From NCBI RefSeq assembly GCF_030684315.1, contig NC_081380.1:1118379-1182378 (forward strand): DNA of 64,000 nt, written 5' to 3'. The translations under genes were made by a program, and so were the position numbers. Positions 52,165 to 64,000 of the stretch are shown here, in pieces. The stretch's first letter is position 1. Each line of letters opens with the position of its first letter. The stretch is from Stegostoma tigrinum. Its lineage: Eukaryota. The notes beneath the pieces were generated by a model. That model did not search any database. It was not told the origin of the DNA and worked only from the letters and a program-made list of their open reading frames with translations.

Positions 52165-53595
52165 AAGGGCATTAACATGGGATTACGGTAATACTTGACT
52201 GCTCTAAGTGTACTGGCTGCAGAATCTGAAAACAGAGAATCTAGAACGATACTGGGAAGAGAAATTCGAATGAATAGCTCTTCCTAAGCTCCTCTTAGAA
52301 TTCCAAAATGTTTTGGGCTCCAACATAATACGTAAATGCTGAATTTTTGTGAAAGCCGCCATAATCAAAGGTTACAACTATTACAACATGGTGTGTAATC
52401 CAACTTATTTTTAATGTGGAAGTATTTTCATTGATTACACATTGGGACTGTCCTGTGGGTATCTTTTAAACTTTGACCAGATCATCCCTTAACCTTCTAA
52501 GTTGTTGGAAAAAATCAGGCCTAATTTGTATAATGTCTCCTCATAAGTCAACCTTGAAGTACAGACATCATACTTGTAAACCATTGCTGTAGTTCCTCCA
52601 ATGCCAACATATCTTTCCTAAGGTATGGTGCTAAGGATTTGTCATTCTTTAGTTCCATTAATTTCCTCGACATTTTACTGATGTAATTTTATCTGGTCAG
52701 AGTGTATTAAAGGCTACAGTGTGGAAACACACTCTTCGGACCAAACAGTCCATGATGACCATAATCACAAACTAAACTCGTCTCACTTGCTTATGCTTGG
52801 CCCGTATCCCTCCAAATATTTCTTATTCATGTACTTATCCAAATGTCTTTTAAATGTTCTAACTGTACCCACATCCACACTACCTCTAGAAGTTCATTAC
52901 ACACACAAACCAGGCTGTGTGAAAAAAAATTACAGTCCTTGTCTCCTGTCCACTATTAATTTCCTCAAGTTGAGGTAAGCTATCCCCCTTTTTTACAGTA
53001 AACTCCAGATTGGTGTACAGGAAATTCCCTGCCCTGTAACAATTTCAGAAAATCTGTTCTGAATCTTCTCTAAAATCTTCACTTCCTTCTTAAACAGTGT
53101 CATCCAGCAATGGTGTCATACTCCAGAAGGAACCAAACTGGTGTCTTAAATCATGTTCAACATAAATTTTCAACTACTGAGAAAGTTAACACGCAACATG
53201 TTTAATAACTTTTGTTTAAAAAAAAACTTATTCTACCACCTTCAAACATTGGTGGCTAAGAGAGTGTAGAACTGGATGAACACAGCAGGTCAAGCAGCAT
53301 CCCAGGGTCTCTCTATTCCTGCAGCCCATTTAGACCCATTTAACTGGTACTGTATGTTTACCACAAGGTGTCACATGGCTGATTTCTTTTGCATAACATT
53401 TCATACCACAGCGCTGATCAGACACCTTCTCCTCGGGATGAGGAGAACGCACACCTTTACGCGGGGGGTGGAATTCCCACAGCACGTCCCGGGGGTGGGG
53501 GAAAAAGACGGATACCTCCCCCCAATGGTTCAATTCGCCACGGCAGCCCCTTCTTCTTTTGTCCGGTCGCCCCCAAGACGAGGTGAAGCACCTAC

Positions 53596-53688
53596 CACAG
53601 CAGCAGTGGTGAGCACACAGGCGGTGGTATAAGCCCGCGTTACCAGGGGGATCTGCAGGTACTCCTGCTGCAGGCTCTGATACGCCAT
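53596..53688 (-). CDS. DERL2: Derlin-2, coding exon 1
   Basis: aagATGG start; [31 protein letters not shown]; GTAGGT donor; 93 nt. Confidence 0.96.
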
Positions 53689-53850
53689 CTTCAGCGCGGC
53701 CTTGGGCCGGTTTCCGGCCCTTGCGTCACTTCCGGAGCTGGCCACACCCAGGGGTCGGTGCATGCTCAGTGAGGGAGGCGTTTGTTCGGCGGGAAGCTCG
53801 AGACGGAGAAACAACAACAACAACCGGTCAGAGAAAAGAAACTAGAACAG
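53683..53850. promoter_or_regulatory. DERL2/MIS12 bidirectional CpG promoter, including the probable non-coding exon 1 of MIS12
   Basis: YY1 site AAGATGGCG at the DERL2 ATG; overlapping ETS-CRE TCCGGAAGTGACGCAA (minus, 53721-53736); plus-strand donor CAG/GTAAAA at 53850/53851; same head-to-head layout as in human. Confidence 0.8.
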
Positions 53851-54854
53851 GTAAAATAAATAAAAACGGAGAGAGGGAGTGTTGAAGGGGTCAGGGTATG
53901 AGGGGAGGCACAGTGAGGCCTCGAGAATCGGGGGGGTGGGGGTGGAAGGAGTCGAGGACAGGGGGTAGTGGGGATGAGGGCAGTGAGACAGAAACAAAAC
54001 AGCCGGAGTTAGGCACATTGAATACTCCTTTCATCATGATCCTTGCTGAATGTCCAACTCAGTACCCTGTTTTATTCCCTCTACCCTTTGATCCTTTTTG
54101 CTCAAATTCCTTGAAAACGTTGTGTTTTGACCTGAGCTTGTTTTGTGTGGAAGGGGATTTCACAGACCGCCCAGCTGCTGGGTAAAGTAATTTCTTATCA
54201 TCTTAGTTCAGTCCTCAACACGGTGACCCCCTGAATCTGGACTCCCCAGTCATTGTGAACATCCTTCCTGCATTTACCCCGTCAGAATTTTATCAGTTTC
54301 TATGAGATCCCCCTCATTCTCCTGTGAGCCTGTGGAATTCACAGGAAGTAGGTGATGCCAAAATATTGAATGTATTCAATAGGCGACTAGACATAGTACT
54401 TGGGACGAATGGGAGCAAAGGTTCACAGATCATAGAACCTCTACTGTGTGGAAATAGGCCTTTTAGCCCAACAAGCCCAGACTGACCCTGGAGCATACCA
54501 CCCATACTGATCCCCTGATAACCCACAGTTCATTTCCTCATCTAAATCTTTGTTATTGTGTATAGTTAGGGTCCAAGCATCCAACTCTGCAGTACCTCAT
54601 TATAGTCACTGGCCGCCAGGTTTTACCCACTTCTCGAGCAGGTGGGACTTGAGTCAGGGCTTCCTGGTTAAGAATTAGGGATATTAGCGTTATCTTCAAA
54701 AATAAATAGTGAAACATTTTCTACTACTTGGATTAATAGACACTTTGAGAAATACTGTGTGAGCTTTCCTTTGGTCACACTTATTTAGTCATTCACTTTT
54801 CTTTATTTGTTTAAACATCGTTTTCCCCCATTCACTGTTTATCTAGGTTTTAAA

Positions 54855-55541
54855 ATGGCAGACAGGTTGATGACATATGAGACCCAATTTTTTGGGTTCT
54901 CTCCCCAAACCTGTGTTCTGAGAGTGTCCAGTGGAATCCAGGATTCGCTCCTTGATGTCATGCTGGTTGTAGAACGAGTCATTTTCAAGAAACTGAAGGA
55001 ATTGTCAGATAGCAGTGTGACTCCATCTCAGATCCGTGCCTGTACAGAGAGCTTCCTTCAAATAATGAAAGAACGATTTGACGTGATCTTTGAGAGGGTT
55101 GAGCAAGGAATTCTGCAACACATTTTCTACATTCCTGAAAATATTCTGCTTCATGAAGATCATGTCCAGGAAAAGTACCCATACACTGAGGAACAGTTCA
55201 AGGACTTACAATCAGAAATAGCTGAACTTGAACACTGTTACAGATGTGAAATTATGGCCAAACATGCTCTTCTTACTGAATTGGAAGACCAAAAGCTGAT
55301 TGAGCTGAAACTCGAGCAGAGAATTCACTGGTTCAGCAATCTGGATAGCAGTTGGAGGAGTAATGCAGTCAGCAATGTTCGTGAGAGTCTGGCCTTTGTT
55401 CGGGAATTGACTTGCAAGGTCCCAGCCATACTTCAGAAAATTCAACAGAAATACAAGGACGAGCAAAATCAATCAAGAGTACCCAGTGAGAGTGAACAGG
55501 AGGAAGGAAAGGAAACGAGAAGGAAACAGCTTAACCTATAA
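54855..55541 (+). CDS. MIS12: Kinetochore protein MIS12 homolog (228 aa, single coding exon)
   Basis: aaaATGG just after acceptor tttatctAG (54846); MADRLMTYETQFFGFSPQTCVLRV resembles human MTYEAQFFGFTPQTCMLRI; coiled-coil-like C-half; adjacent to DERL2. Confidence 0.95.
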   Translation: MADRLMTYETQFFGFSPQTCVLRVSSGIQDSLLDVMLVVERVIFKKLKELSDSSVTPSQIRACTESFLQIMKERFDVIFERVEQGILQHIFYIPENILLHEDHVQEKYPYTEEQFKDLQSEIAELEHCYRCEIMAKHALLTELEDQKLIELKLEQRIHWFSNLDSSWRSNAVSNVRESLAFVRELTCKVPAILQKIQQKYKDEQNQSRVPSESEQEEGKETRRKQLNL

Positions 55542-56619
55542 AGGTATTGGGACTAATTGGTGCAATGAGTTTGCACAGTACTGCCTATACCCACCTCAAT
55601 TTGAGGACACTATGATTTCTGGCTGGAAAATTAAGTTGAAGTTGAGAACTCTTCACATTCCTATATAAAGCAACCAATGGTCAAAAAAATTATTAGAATT
55701 TGACATTTTATTGGTCCTGTAGGAAGACCAGAAGGACAGCCTTCCATTTCAAATTAGGCAACCATATTTATGGTCGATTTATATTACAAGGAGGTGATGA
55801 GATACATTTGGACCAGTACTAGGAGTAATATCCTGTATCTATTCTGTATGGTAATCTGCTCTGGGCATGTGACAGACTTGGAGGGTATTAGCAAGTGTGT
55901 GAATGACAGAAAATTTCCAAAACCTGTATGGACATCTTTCCTGTCAGCTGAACATTTATATAAATAAAGATAGATACAGTGACTTGGTCTATGTCTCATT
56001 CAGATTTCTTTGTATTTACAGGCTGTTTATTATGTTTATTTTTGTGCATCATTGTGCCAGGCTTTCTGGATATTGCAGTGCCATTGTTTTAAATCTTGTT
56101 TTTAAATATGATTTTGCTTTGATCTTTTGAGACTATAATTGTGATTTAAAACATTATTAATGCTGATTTTCTCTACTACAACCCTTCAACTGATTCATTT
56201 CAGGTTGTCAGCTGCTTAGTGACTGTTTACTAAGTTGAAATTGACCTGATTCAAGGCATACATTGGCTGACACTAGGCAAACATGAAAGCATGTCATGGC
56301 TGGGGAGGTGGGCCTTTGGGCCAGAGATGGGACACTACCACTGCAGGTGAGACAGGCAGTTGTTGGGCTGGTCTACTAGGAAGGCAGAAGCTAGAAGGAT
56401 GTACATAATGACACTTAGTTCTCTGTTTGTCCATCACAATGATACAGATCATTGTATTATAATATTTGTGTTTACTATGGGAAAAGGACAGGGAATATTC
56501 TTAAGTAAAAATAATTAACTAGGGTAAAGCCAACTCCAATGGGGTGAGAATGGATCTGACCTGGAGAAATTCAAATTAATTAGCAGTATAGCTACAGTTG
56601 AACAATGGGCTGCCTTTAG

Positions 56620-56890
56620 ATTACATAGTGTGGAAACAGGCCCTTTGGCCCAACAAGACCACACCACCCCTTGAAGCATCCCACCCAGACCCATCCCCCT
56701 ATAACCCACACACCCCTGAACGCTGCGGGAAATTTAGCAGGGCCAGTCCACCTAGCCTGCACATCTTTGGACTGTGGGAGGAAGCCCATGCAGACACAGG
56801 GAGAATGTGCAAACTCCACACAGACAGTCACCCAAGGCTGGAACTGAACCCAGCTTCCTGGTGGTGTGAGGCTGCAGTGCTTTCAACCAT
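56620..56890 (-). mobile_element. V-SINE (HE1-like)
   Basis: Same family. Confidence 0.85.
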
Positions 56891-57054
56891 TTTAAAGAAG
56901 GGATAAATCAAGTTTGGTAGACAAGGTGAGGGGGAACTGTTGGAGTTCCTTTCAACTGTTCACACTCTGTACTTTTGAGAAAAAGAGATGTGTGAATTTG
57001 CATTTGAATAATCAGTGGTGTGCTTCATGGGAAATGAAAGTTGATCACTTATTA

Positions 57055-57379
57055 GGGCAGCATGGTGGTACAGTGGTTAGCACTGTTGCCTCTGGTGCTA
57101 GGGACCCAGGTTCAATTCTAGCCTTGTGCAACTGTCTGTGTGGAGTTTGCACATTTCCCTGTGTCTGTGAGGGTTTCCTCCAGGTGATCTCATTTCCTCC
57201 CACAGTCCAAAGATGTGCAGGTTAGGTGGATTGGCTATGCTAAATTGCCCATGGTGTTCAGGGAGGTGTAGATTGGGTGGGTTTTGGTGGGGGGAAATAG
57301 GTCAGGGTGGGATGCTATAAGGTTTGGTATGGACTTGTTGGGCCAAAGGGCCTACTTCCACACTGTAGTGATTCTATGA
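57055..57379 (+). mobile_element. V-SINE (HE1-like)
   Basis: Same family; head-to-head with the 56620-56890 copy. Confidence 0.85.
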
Positions 57380-58227
57380 GTTAACCACTCATCCCAAAGT
57401 CTAATACTACACTATCCAATTACACAATCACACTGAGTACAGTTGAACAGAAATTGCACTTTTCCAAGTTGTAACCAAGTGGAGCAGTTCACCATTCTCA
57501 TCTTGTTCATGAAAATGCATTTCTAATTGTATCTAATTACTCCTAAAGTAAAATTTGGGTGAATTAACAGCTGAAGCCTTATGTTAGAATCATTCTCCTG
57601 ATTCACACAAAAAACTGGACTTTCTACAGGTAACAAAGTTAACAGTTTATCCAGCTTCACACTTTATTATCAAAGTTAACAGTTTGTCTAGTTATCTGGA
57701 ATTCAGTTTGCAGCTTTGAATGACCTGAAAAAGAACAGACTTGGAGACATTGTTACAAATTCCAGTTCTTAAGGTATGGGTGCTGTTGCACTTTTGTCTC
57801 TTTCTACAGCAGGCTTTCTGAAAAGGCTGAGAAGTTATTGGACATGATGCAGAAAAGATTCAAACATGTGCTTTGTGATGAACTTCAGTTATGTAGGAAG
57901 ATTGAACAAGTTGGGACTGATCTTGTTGGAGCAGACACGAAAAGACTTGAGATTTTTCCAAAATTGAGGGGGCTATACAGAGAAACTATTCCCAATTGAG
58001 GAAGGATTCAGAACAAGGGGGCACAGACTTAAGGTAAACAGAGCAGCAATGGGAGACATGAAAGTGCAGAAAAACAGAGTGGTTAGCATTTAGAATGCTT
58101 TGCCTGAGGTTGTGATAGAGGAAGGGTCAACCACGGTATTTAAAAAGTTTTTGCAGAATTATCTAAAGGAAATTTTGCAGTGCTACAGGGAATGGCTCCA
58201 GGTGAATTGTCCCTGAGACAGCCAGCA

Positions 58228-58315
58228 TAGACTCTACAGGCTAATTAGCCTCCTCTCCTTCTCGTAACCATTAGACTCTACAGGCTAATTAGCCTCCTCT
58301 CCTTCTCGTAACCAT
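58228..58315 (+). repeat. Exact 44-bp tandem duplication at a CR1 3' end
   Basis: tagactctacaggctaattagcctcctctccttctcgtaaccat x2. Confidence 0.9.
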
Positions 58316-58356
58316 TCTTTGGTCTGAAGTTGAAGTCTTGTTGATGGTATGGTCAA

Positions 58357-58966
58357 TGTGATGATACTAATGTCTTTAAGAGGTGCATTGTGTCTTAGTT
58401 TTTCTTTTTGAAGAAATGTTTTAAGGCAGAGGTATGAGCTGTCTATTTGAATCCAATAGAGTAAACAGCTTGTGAAACCTTGTCTTTTTTTGTTGGAACT
58501 ATAGAAGCAACTTGAATGAGAGGGGTCAAGCTCCCATAGAACTAGAATTTTTTTTTCAGTAGCAGTTGTTGCTGGGGTCTTGAAGCAGGGTTTGGGAGTT
58601 GCAGTATACTTCTCCCAGCCACACTGACTTTTCTGTGGATGCTTTTGTTATAGGGCTGCTAGAATTGCATGAGAGACAATCTATTTTGTTAAATTTTCCT
58701 TTGCCAAGCATTTGTTTACAGATATTACTATATTACCACAAAGTTTGTATATTTTAAGCATTTTTGTAGAGTCACAATTAAGCCAATTCTTTTACTTTGT
58801 CTGCATGTTAATTATAGCATTATAAGTAAAGTGTTTCGATTCAAACCTGGTACTTTAACCAATCAAATTGCATCCAGAACACACTGCCTTACACTTGCCT
58901 TTAAAATAAAAATTTAGGGTCTAGACTCTTAATATATTTTGAGGGAATTTGGTCTGGCCCATAACA
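58357..58966 (+). mobile_element. Possible LTR-like element
   Basis: TG...cccataaCA ending similar to the 37-kb LTR; no TSD found. Confidence 0.35.
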
Positions 58967-60583
58967 TTTGGCTGAAAGTAAGCTTTCATTCACTAATATT
59001 CTGAAATTGCAAACATTCTGACGCAGTCTCCATCAGTAGCCAGGAAGAAGGATGGGCTTGGGCAGAAGGGCTTCAAGCCATCCCAGTATTTAGTCAGAGA
59101 AAATGTCTGTTCATCCAAATTGGAGACACAGATCAACTGGAAAAGGAAGTCATCAGCATATATATGCCACACAATGGTTTTGGATAAAGTATAAATGCTT
59201 CAAGGATTTCAGAGTGGGAGTTGGAGGCAAATACTTTGCAAGTTATTTATGACTGTGTAGATAAGAATGCAGCCAGGCAAGAATATTTTCACCCATTACC
59301 ATAGAAACTAATCATTTCACAAGAAAATCTAGCACCATCTTTCTCAACAACTGACTAAAATGTGATGCCAACCGGATTCAAAAAGGATCTATAGATCTGA
59401 TCAGAACTCACCAGGTACCCAGGGGAATGAAAGCCAAATAATTCTACAAAGCTTAAAAGTGAATACTAGCAATCTTCTTCCTTGGTGTTGAACAAAACCA
59501 GAAATGCCACAAATGTGAAAGTAGGCATTTATTTATAACAATCAAAAAATTAATTCACTCAACCTCCTTCAGTTGCCACTACTAGGTATGAGATACCAGT
59601 GGCAAATACATGGATTAAATAAATAACATTTAACAGCCTGTTTTATTATTTCACTAACTAATTAAGAAACTGGATTCATGTTAAAATCTTCATGTTTATT
59701 ACACAGGAGAAGTCAGACAATCTTTTACAAAACATTTTTTCAATACATCAATTAAGGTGTCAGGAAAATCAGACTTCTGATTGCTTATTCAGAGTTGTAC
59801 ACAAAGATAATTTTTAGTTTCAGTACCTGAATGTGCCTGACATTAATTGCTAATAAAATCACACTGCAAAGTAAATACTGCAAATACTTCAGAGCCAGAC
59901 AGATATTGCTTTTGTAGGAATCATCTGCAATGTGACCAGTAGAATCAAAGATGGCATGCTACCACTGACCAGTTTATTCTGTAAAAAGTACAACACTGCT
60001 CACTCAATGTACTGTTTAACAACCAACCAACTTGTAGAAATGCTAACCTGAATAAATGCAATATCATTGTATAGAATCAATAATGTGGATAATATGCAAA
60101 TCTACACAAATTGCCAATTTGCTGCTAACTATTTCACCAAAAATATTTTCTTAATTTGATGCACTTTTCTGTCTTTTAAGATTGGTGTGTATGCAGACAG
60201 GTTGGATACTGATCTGATGAAAAGTCCACATATGTTGGGAAGCAGAATTCAAATTATTCTGAATAGGAAAAAGGCTGAGTGACTAAAAATGCAGGATTTA
60301 GGAGTCTGATTGTGATTAAAGCAAACACAAAGAATTGGCAATCCTTTACAGACGAAGACATCGCAATGGTGTTCTCAGGTGATGATTGACATTTCTTCTT
60401 TGTCTCTGCTCTCGGACAGAGAGCTCACGACTGCTCCCAAGAACTGTCGAAAAGCGGTACGCACTTGTTCTGGATCATCCTCTAGGTTTGAATGGATTAA
60501 AGTCAACTTGTTCAGATGCTGAGCTATCAAGAAATGCAACATCATTAGTAATGGACACAAACTTGCTGTATTTGGTTACCTTT

Positions 60584-60645
60584 TCATCCTGCCCCATCCA
60601 CCACAGTACTTCCCTGACCATTAATATTCTGAGGAACAGCCACCA
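60584..60645 (-). CDS. Candidate last coding exon of an unidentified gene lying further right
   Basis: CTAAC branch-like site, pyrimidine tract and cacAG acceptor; phase-1 reading xVAVPQNINGQGSTVVDGAG*; ~1 kb repeat-free AT-rich UTR-like sequence follows, with AATAAA at 59528-59533. Confidence 0.4.
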
Positions 60646-60865
60646 CTGTGGAACAAATAGATGTAGGATGTACAAGGTTCGAGTTAGAGGGGTGAAGATA
60701 CCTCACAGGATCGTGGGGCAGGAGAAAATTGTAATGGTAGGGAGGCAATGAAGACATGGAGAGATTCGAAAATCAAGATTGGCAGTTTTAAAATTGGGGA
60801 GATATTACAGAAGGACCAAGTGTGGAAACTATAGAGGCACTGGCAATTTTTCTCCTTAAACACAC

Positions 60866-60997
60866 ATAGTAAACATAGAACATTACAGCGCAGTACAGGC
60901 CCTTCGGCCCTCAATGTTGCGCCAACCTGTGAAACCAATCTGAAGCCCATCTAACCTAAACTATTCCATTATCATCTATATTTTTATCCAATGACCA
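60866..60997 (-). mobile_element. 3' end of the same young CR1 subfamily as 27957-29424
   Basis: catagaacattacagc.cagtacaggccctt.ggc...cccatctaaccta closely matches 27960-28085. Confidence 0.85.
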
Positions 60998-62014
60998 AAT
61001 GGAGGTATAGTGCAAAAGGAATGGAAAATTGCTATACCCTTGTTCAAAATAAAAAAGGTGTAAAACTAAGCCCAGCAACTGCAGGCTAGTCAGCTTAATC
61101 TGTGGCATGGACACTTTTAGTAAAAATAATTCAAGAATCAGTTAACAGTAATTTTGATAATCAGCGAGTTAATGCAGAAAAGTTCAGCAGATTTGTTGCA
61201 GGCAAATTGCAACTAATTTTGAATATTCTGTTAAGCTTACAGTTTTGATCAGAATGTTGCAGTTGTAGTACTATACAGTGACTTCCAAAAGATGTTTGAT
61301 AAAATGTCACAGCATAGGCTTGCCAACAAAGTTGAAGCTCATTGAATAAAGGGATAGTGGCAACATAAATACAAAATTAGCTGCACGAGAGGAGACAGAT
61401 TTTTTCAGATTAGGGCAAGTTTACAGTGGAGTTCATCCCCATAGGTCAGTACAAAGCCACTGCTTCTCTTGATCTGTATTGATTACTTAGATTTGGGTGA
61501 ATAGGGCACAGTTTCAGAATTTGCAGGTAATAAAACTTGGAAGTATTGTGAATTATGAGGACAGTGCAGAATTTTGAAAGTCCCTAGATTGGGTCAAACG
61601 CGCAAACATCTGGCAGATGGTAATGCAGAGATCCAGTTTGATAGAAAAAGTGAGAGTTGGTAGGAGAGGAAGGAAAGTAGAGACTGAGCGGGCATATGTG
61701 TACAAATTATCCAGGTTGGCTTGGCAGGTTGAGAAAGTTATTAATAAGACGAACAGGGGATGTATAAACAAAGGTCAGAACATAGAACAGTACAGCAATA
61801 GGACCAGGACCTTCCGACAATTGAGTCGGTATCGCCAAAAATAAGTACATCACCGGAGCAGGCCTACAATGTCGTTCTAAACTGATCCTATTTGTCTGCA
61901 CATATCCATTGCTCTCTATTTTCTGCATCTGTATAAATGTCTCAAACTTAACAAATCTGCTCCTAACCAACCACACCCCTCCCCACCCCATCTTGCAGCG
62001 TGTTCCAGGCACTA

Positions 62015-63670
62015 TCACATTCCTCAGTGCTTTTTATGCTCATTTTGAGCAGAATGCCAATGGCACGATGTCATCTAATTCAACAGCTCCTGATGCACCT
62101 GTTCCCTCTGTCACCACTGCAGATGTCAGCTCGGCCTTGTTGAGAATAAACCTGAAGAAAGCGACTGGCCAAGATGGAGTCCCTAGCAGTGCACTCAGAT
62201 CTTGTGTTGACCAGCTGGTGGTAGCATTCGCTGACATATTTAACCTCTCCTTGCTACAATGTGAAGTCCACACCTGCTTCAAGAATACCACTATCATTCA
62301 AGTATCAAAGAAAACACATGCAACATGCCTCAAAGACTACCACCCAGTGGCTCTGACCTCCGTAATCATAAAGTACTTTGAGAAGTTAGTCATGGCCCAT
62401 ATCAACACTAGCTTCTCAGCTGGCCTCAATCCCCTGCAATTTGCCACCCAGCAAAACAGATCCACAGCGGACGCCATGGCCCTAGCCCTACACTCAACCC
62501 TGGAACACCTGGAAAGCAAGCACACCTATGTCACATTCCTACTCGTCGACTACAGATCTGCCTTCAACACCATCCCTACCTGACAAATCTCAAAGCTCTG
62601 AGAACAGGTCTCAACTGGATCCTCAGGTTCCTGACCCACAGACCACAATTAGTGAAGATAGACAACGGCACATCTCCACAATAATACTCAGCACTGGCAC
62701 CCTGCAAGGATGCGTACTCAGTATCCTACTGTACTACAGCAGTGGTGACAGAGGGAACGGGTGCATCAGGAGCATCGCGACTGTGTAACCAAATTTCGTA
62801 CGAAAGCCATCTACAGGTTTTCTGACAACACCAACATTGTAGGCTGGATATCAATCAATGATCAATGAGAATATAGGAGGAGACGGAATGCTTGGTGTTG
62901 CGATGCAATGATCGCAATTTGTTCCTCGATGTCAGCAAAACAAGAAAACTCATCATTGACTATGGGAAGAAAGGAGGAGGAGAAGCCCCTATCTACACCA
63001 ATGTATCTGAGGTGGAGAGGGTTCACATTGTCAATTTCCTAGTCATGACAATAACCAACAATTTGTCTTGGACTACCCATTTAGATCCAACAGTCAAGAA
63101 GGCACAACACCGCTTCTTCCTTGGGAGAATAAGGAAATTCAGTATGTCCATAAGGATCCTCACCACGTTTTACAGATACAATCTAGAAAGCATTCTGTCT
63201 GGTTGCATACCGCTTGATACAGCAACTGCTCTGACCAGAACCCTAAGAAACTACAGAAAATTGTGTGCAGAGCCCAGACCATCACGGAAGCCAACCTTCC
63301 ATCCATGGATTCCACCTACACTTCTCATTGCCGTAAAAAGGCTGCCAAGATCAAAGAATCCTCTCACCTTCAGTAATACTCTCTTCCAATCTCTTCTGTC
63401 AGACAGAAGCTTGAACACATGCACTAACAGGTTCAAGAACAGCTTCTTCCCTGCTGCTATTAAACTGCCGAATGGACCTCTCTCATTTCAAATCTAATGT
63501 TGACCTTGCTTTTGTGCACCCTCCTGTGCAGTCATAATCTTCGTTATGTCTATGCGCTCTATGATCCGTATGTCCTTGTTTGCTATGATCTACCCATACT
63601 GCTTGCAAAAACAGAACTTTTCACTGTACTTAGGTACATGAGACAACAATAAATCAAATCAAATCAAATC
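62015..63670 (+). mobile_element. Rex1/Babar-type LINE, 5'-truncated and disrupted
   Basis: AFYAHFEQ..KATGQDGVPSSALRSCVDQL..DIFNLSL..DYHPVALTS..LQFA..VDYRSAFNTI, then FKNSFFPAAI; (AAATC)n tail; inserted in a minus-strand CR1 3' fragment. Confidence 0.88.
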
Positions 63671-64000
63671 ACCCTCTGTTTAAAAAAAAGTGCCTTGCAT
63701 ATCTCCCTTCAACATTTCCTCTCTCACCTTAAAACTGTGCACCCTTGTATTTGACCCTGGGAAAAAAACTTTAACAATCTACCCTATACATGCCTCTCAT
63801 AACTTTATATAATTTTATCAGATCACCCCTCAGCCTATAATGCTGTAGCAAGAACAATCCAAATTTGTCCAACCGCTTATTATAACTAATACACTCCAAT
63901 CCAGGCAACTTCTTTTGCATCCTCTCCTAAGCCTCCACATCCTTCCTATAGTGTGGCGATCAGAACTGTACACAATATTCCAAATGTGACCAAGCCAGAA

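Noticed and set aside
54807-54854. 16-aa N-terminal extension of MIS12
   Set aside because: TTG start lying in the intron's pyrimidine tract upstream of the acceptor
1-64000. CRISPR arrays, rRNA genes, prokaryotic operons
   Set aside because: None seen; the sequence is spliced eukaryotic DNA and the repeats are dispersed retroelements

Overview
Repeat-rich vertebrate genomic DNA. HE1/V-SINEs, CR1, Rex1 and Penelope-like elements point to a shark or other elasmobranch. Three genes are well supported: RCC1L/WBSCR16 (minus strand, coding exons 1-7, continuing off the left edge), a complete DERL2 (minus, 7 coding exons, two consecutive U12-type introns) and MIS12 (plus, single coding exon). MIS12 is head-to-head with DERL2 across a ~160-bp bidirectional promoter. 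A possible terminal exon of an unidentified minus-strand gene lies near 60.6 kb. Two observations stand out. (1) A chain of colinear, stop-riddled minus-strand segments from ~42.2 to ~30.4 kb resembles EVC2/limbin from N- to C-terminus; it may be a decayed, highly diverged EVC2-like gene interleaved with the 3' end of DERL2. (2) A Penelope-like insertion in RCC1L intron 1 forms a ~1-kb inverted repeat carrying hammerhead-ribozyme motifs, and related solo or fold-back hammerhead-bearing mini-elements occur across the window. Protein similarities were judged by eye against remembered human sequences; no searches were run. Repeat boundaries are approximate.
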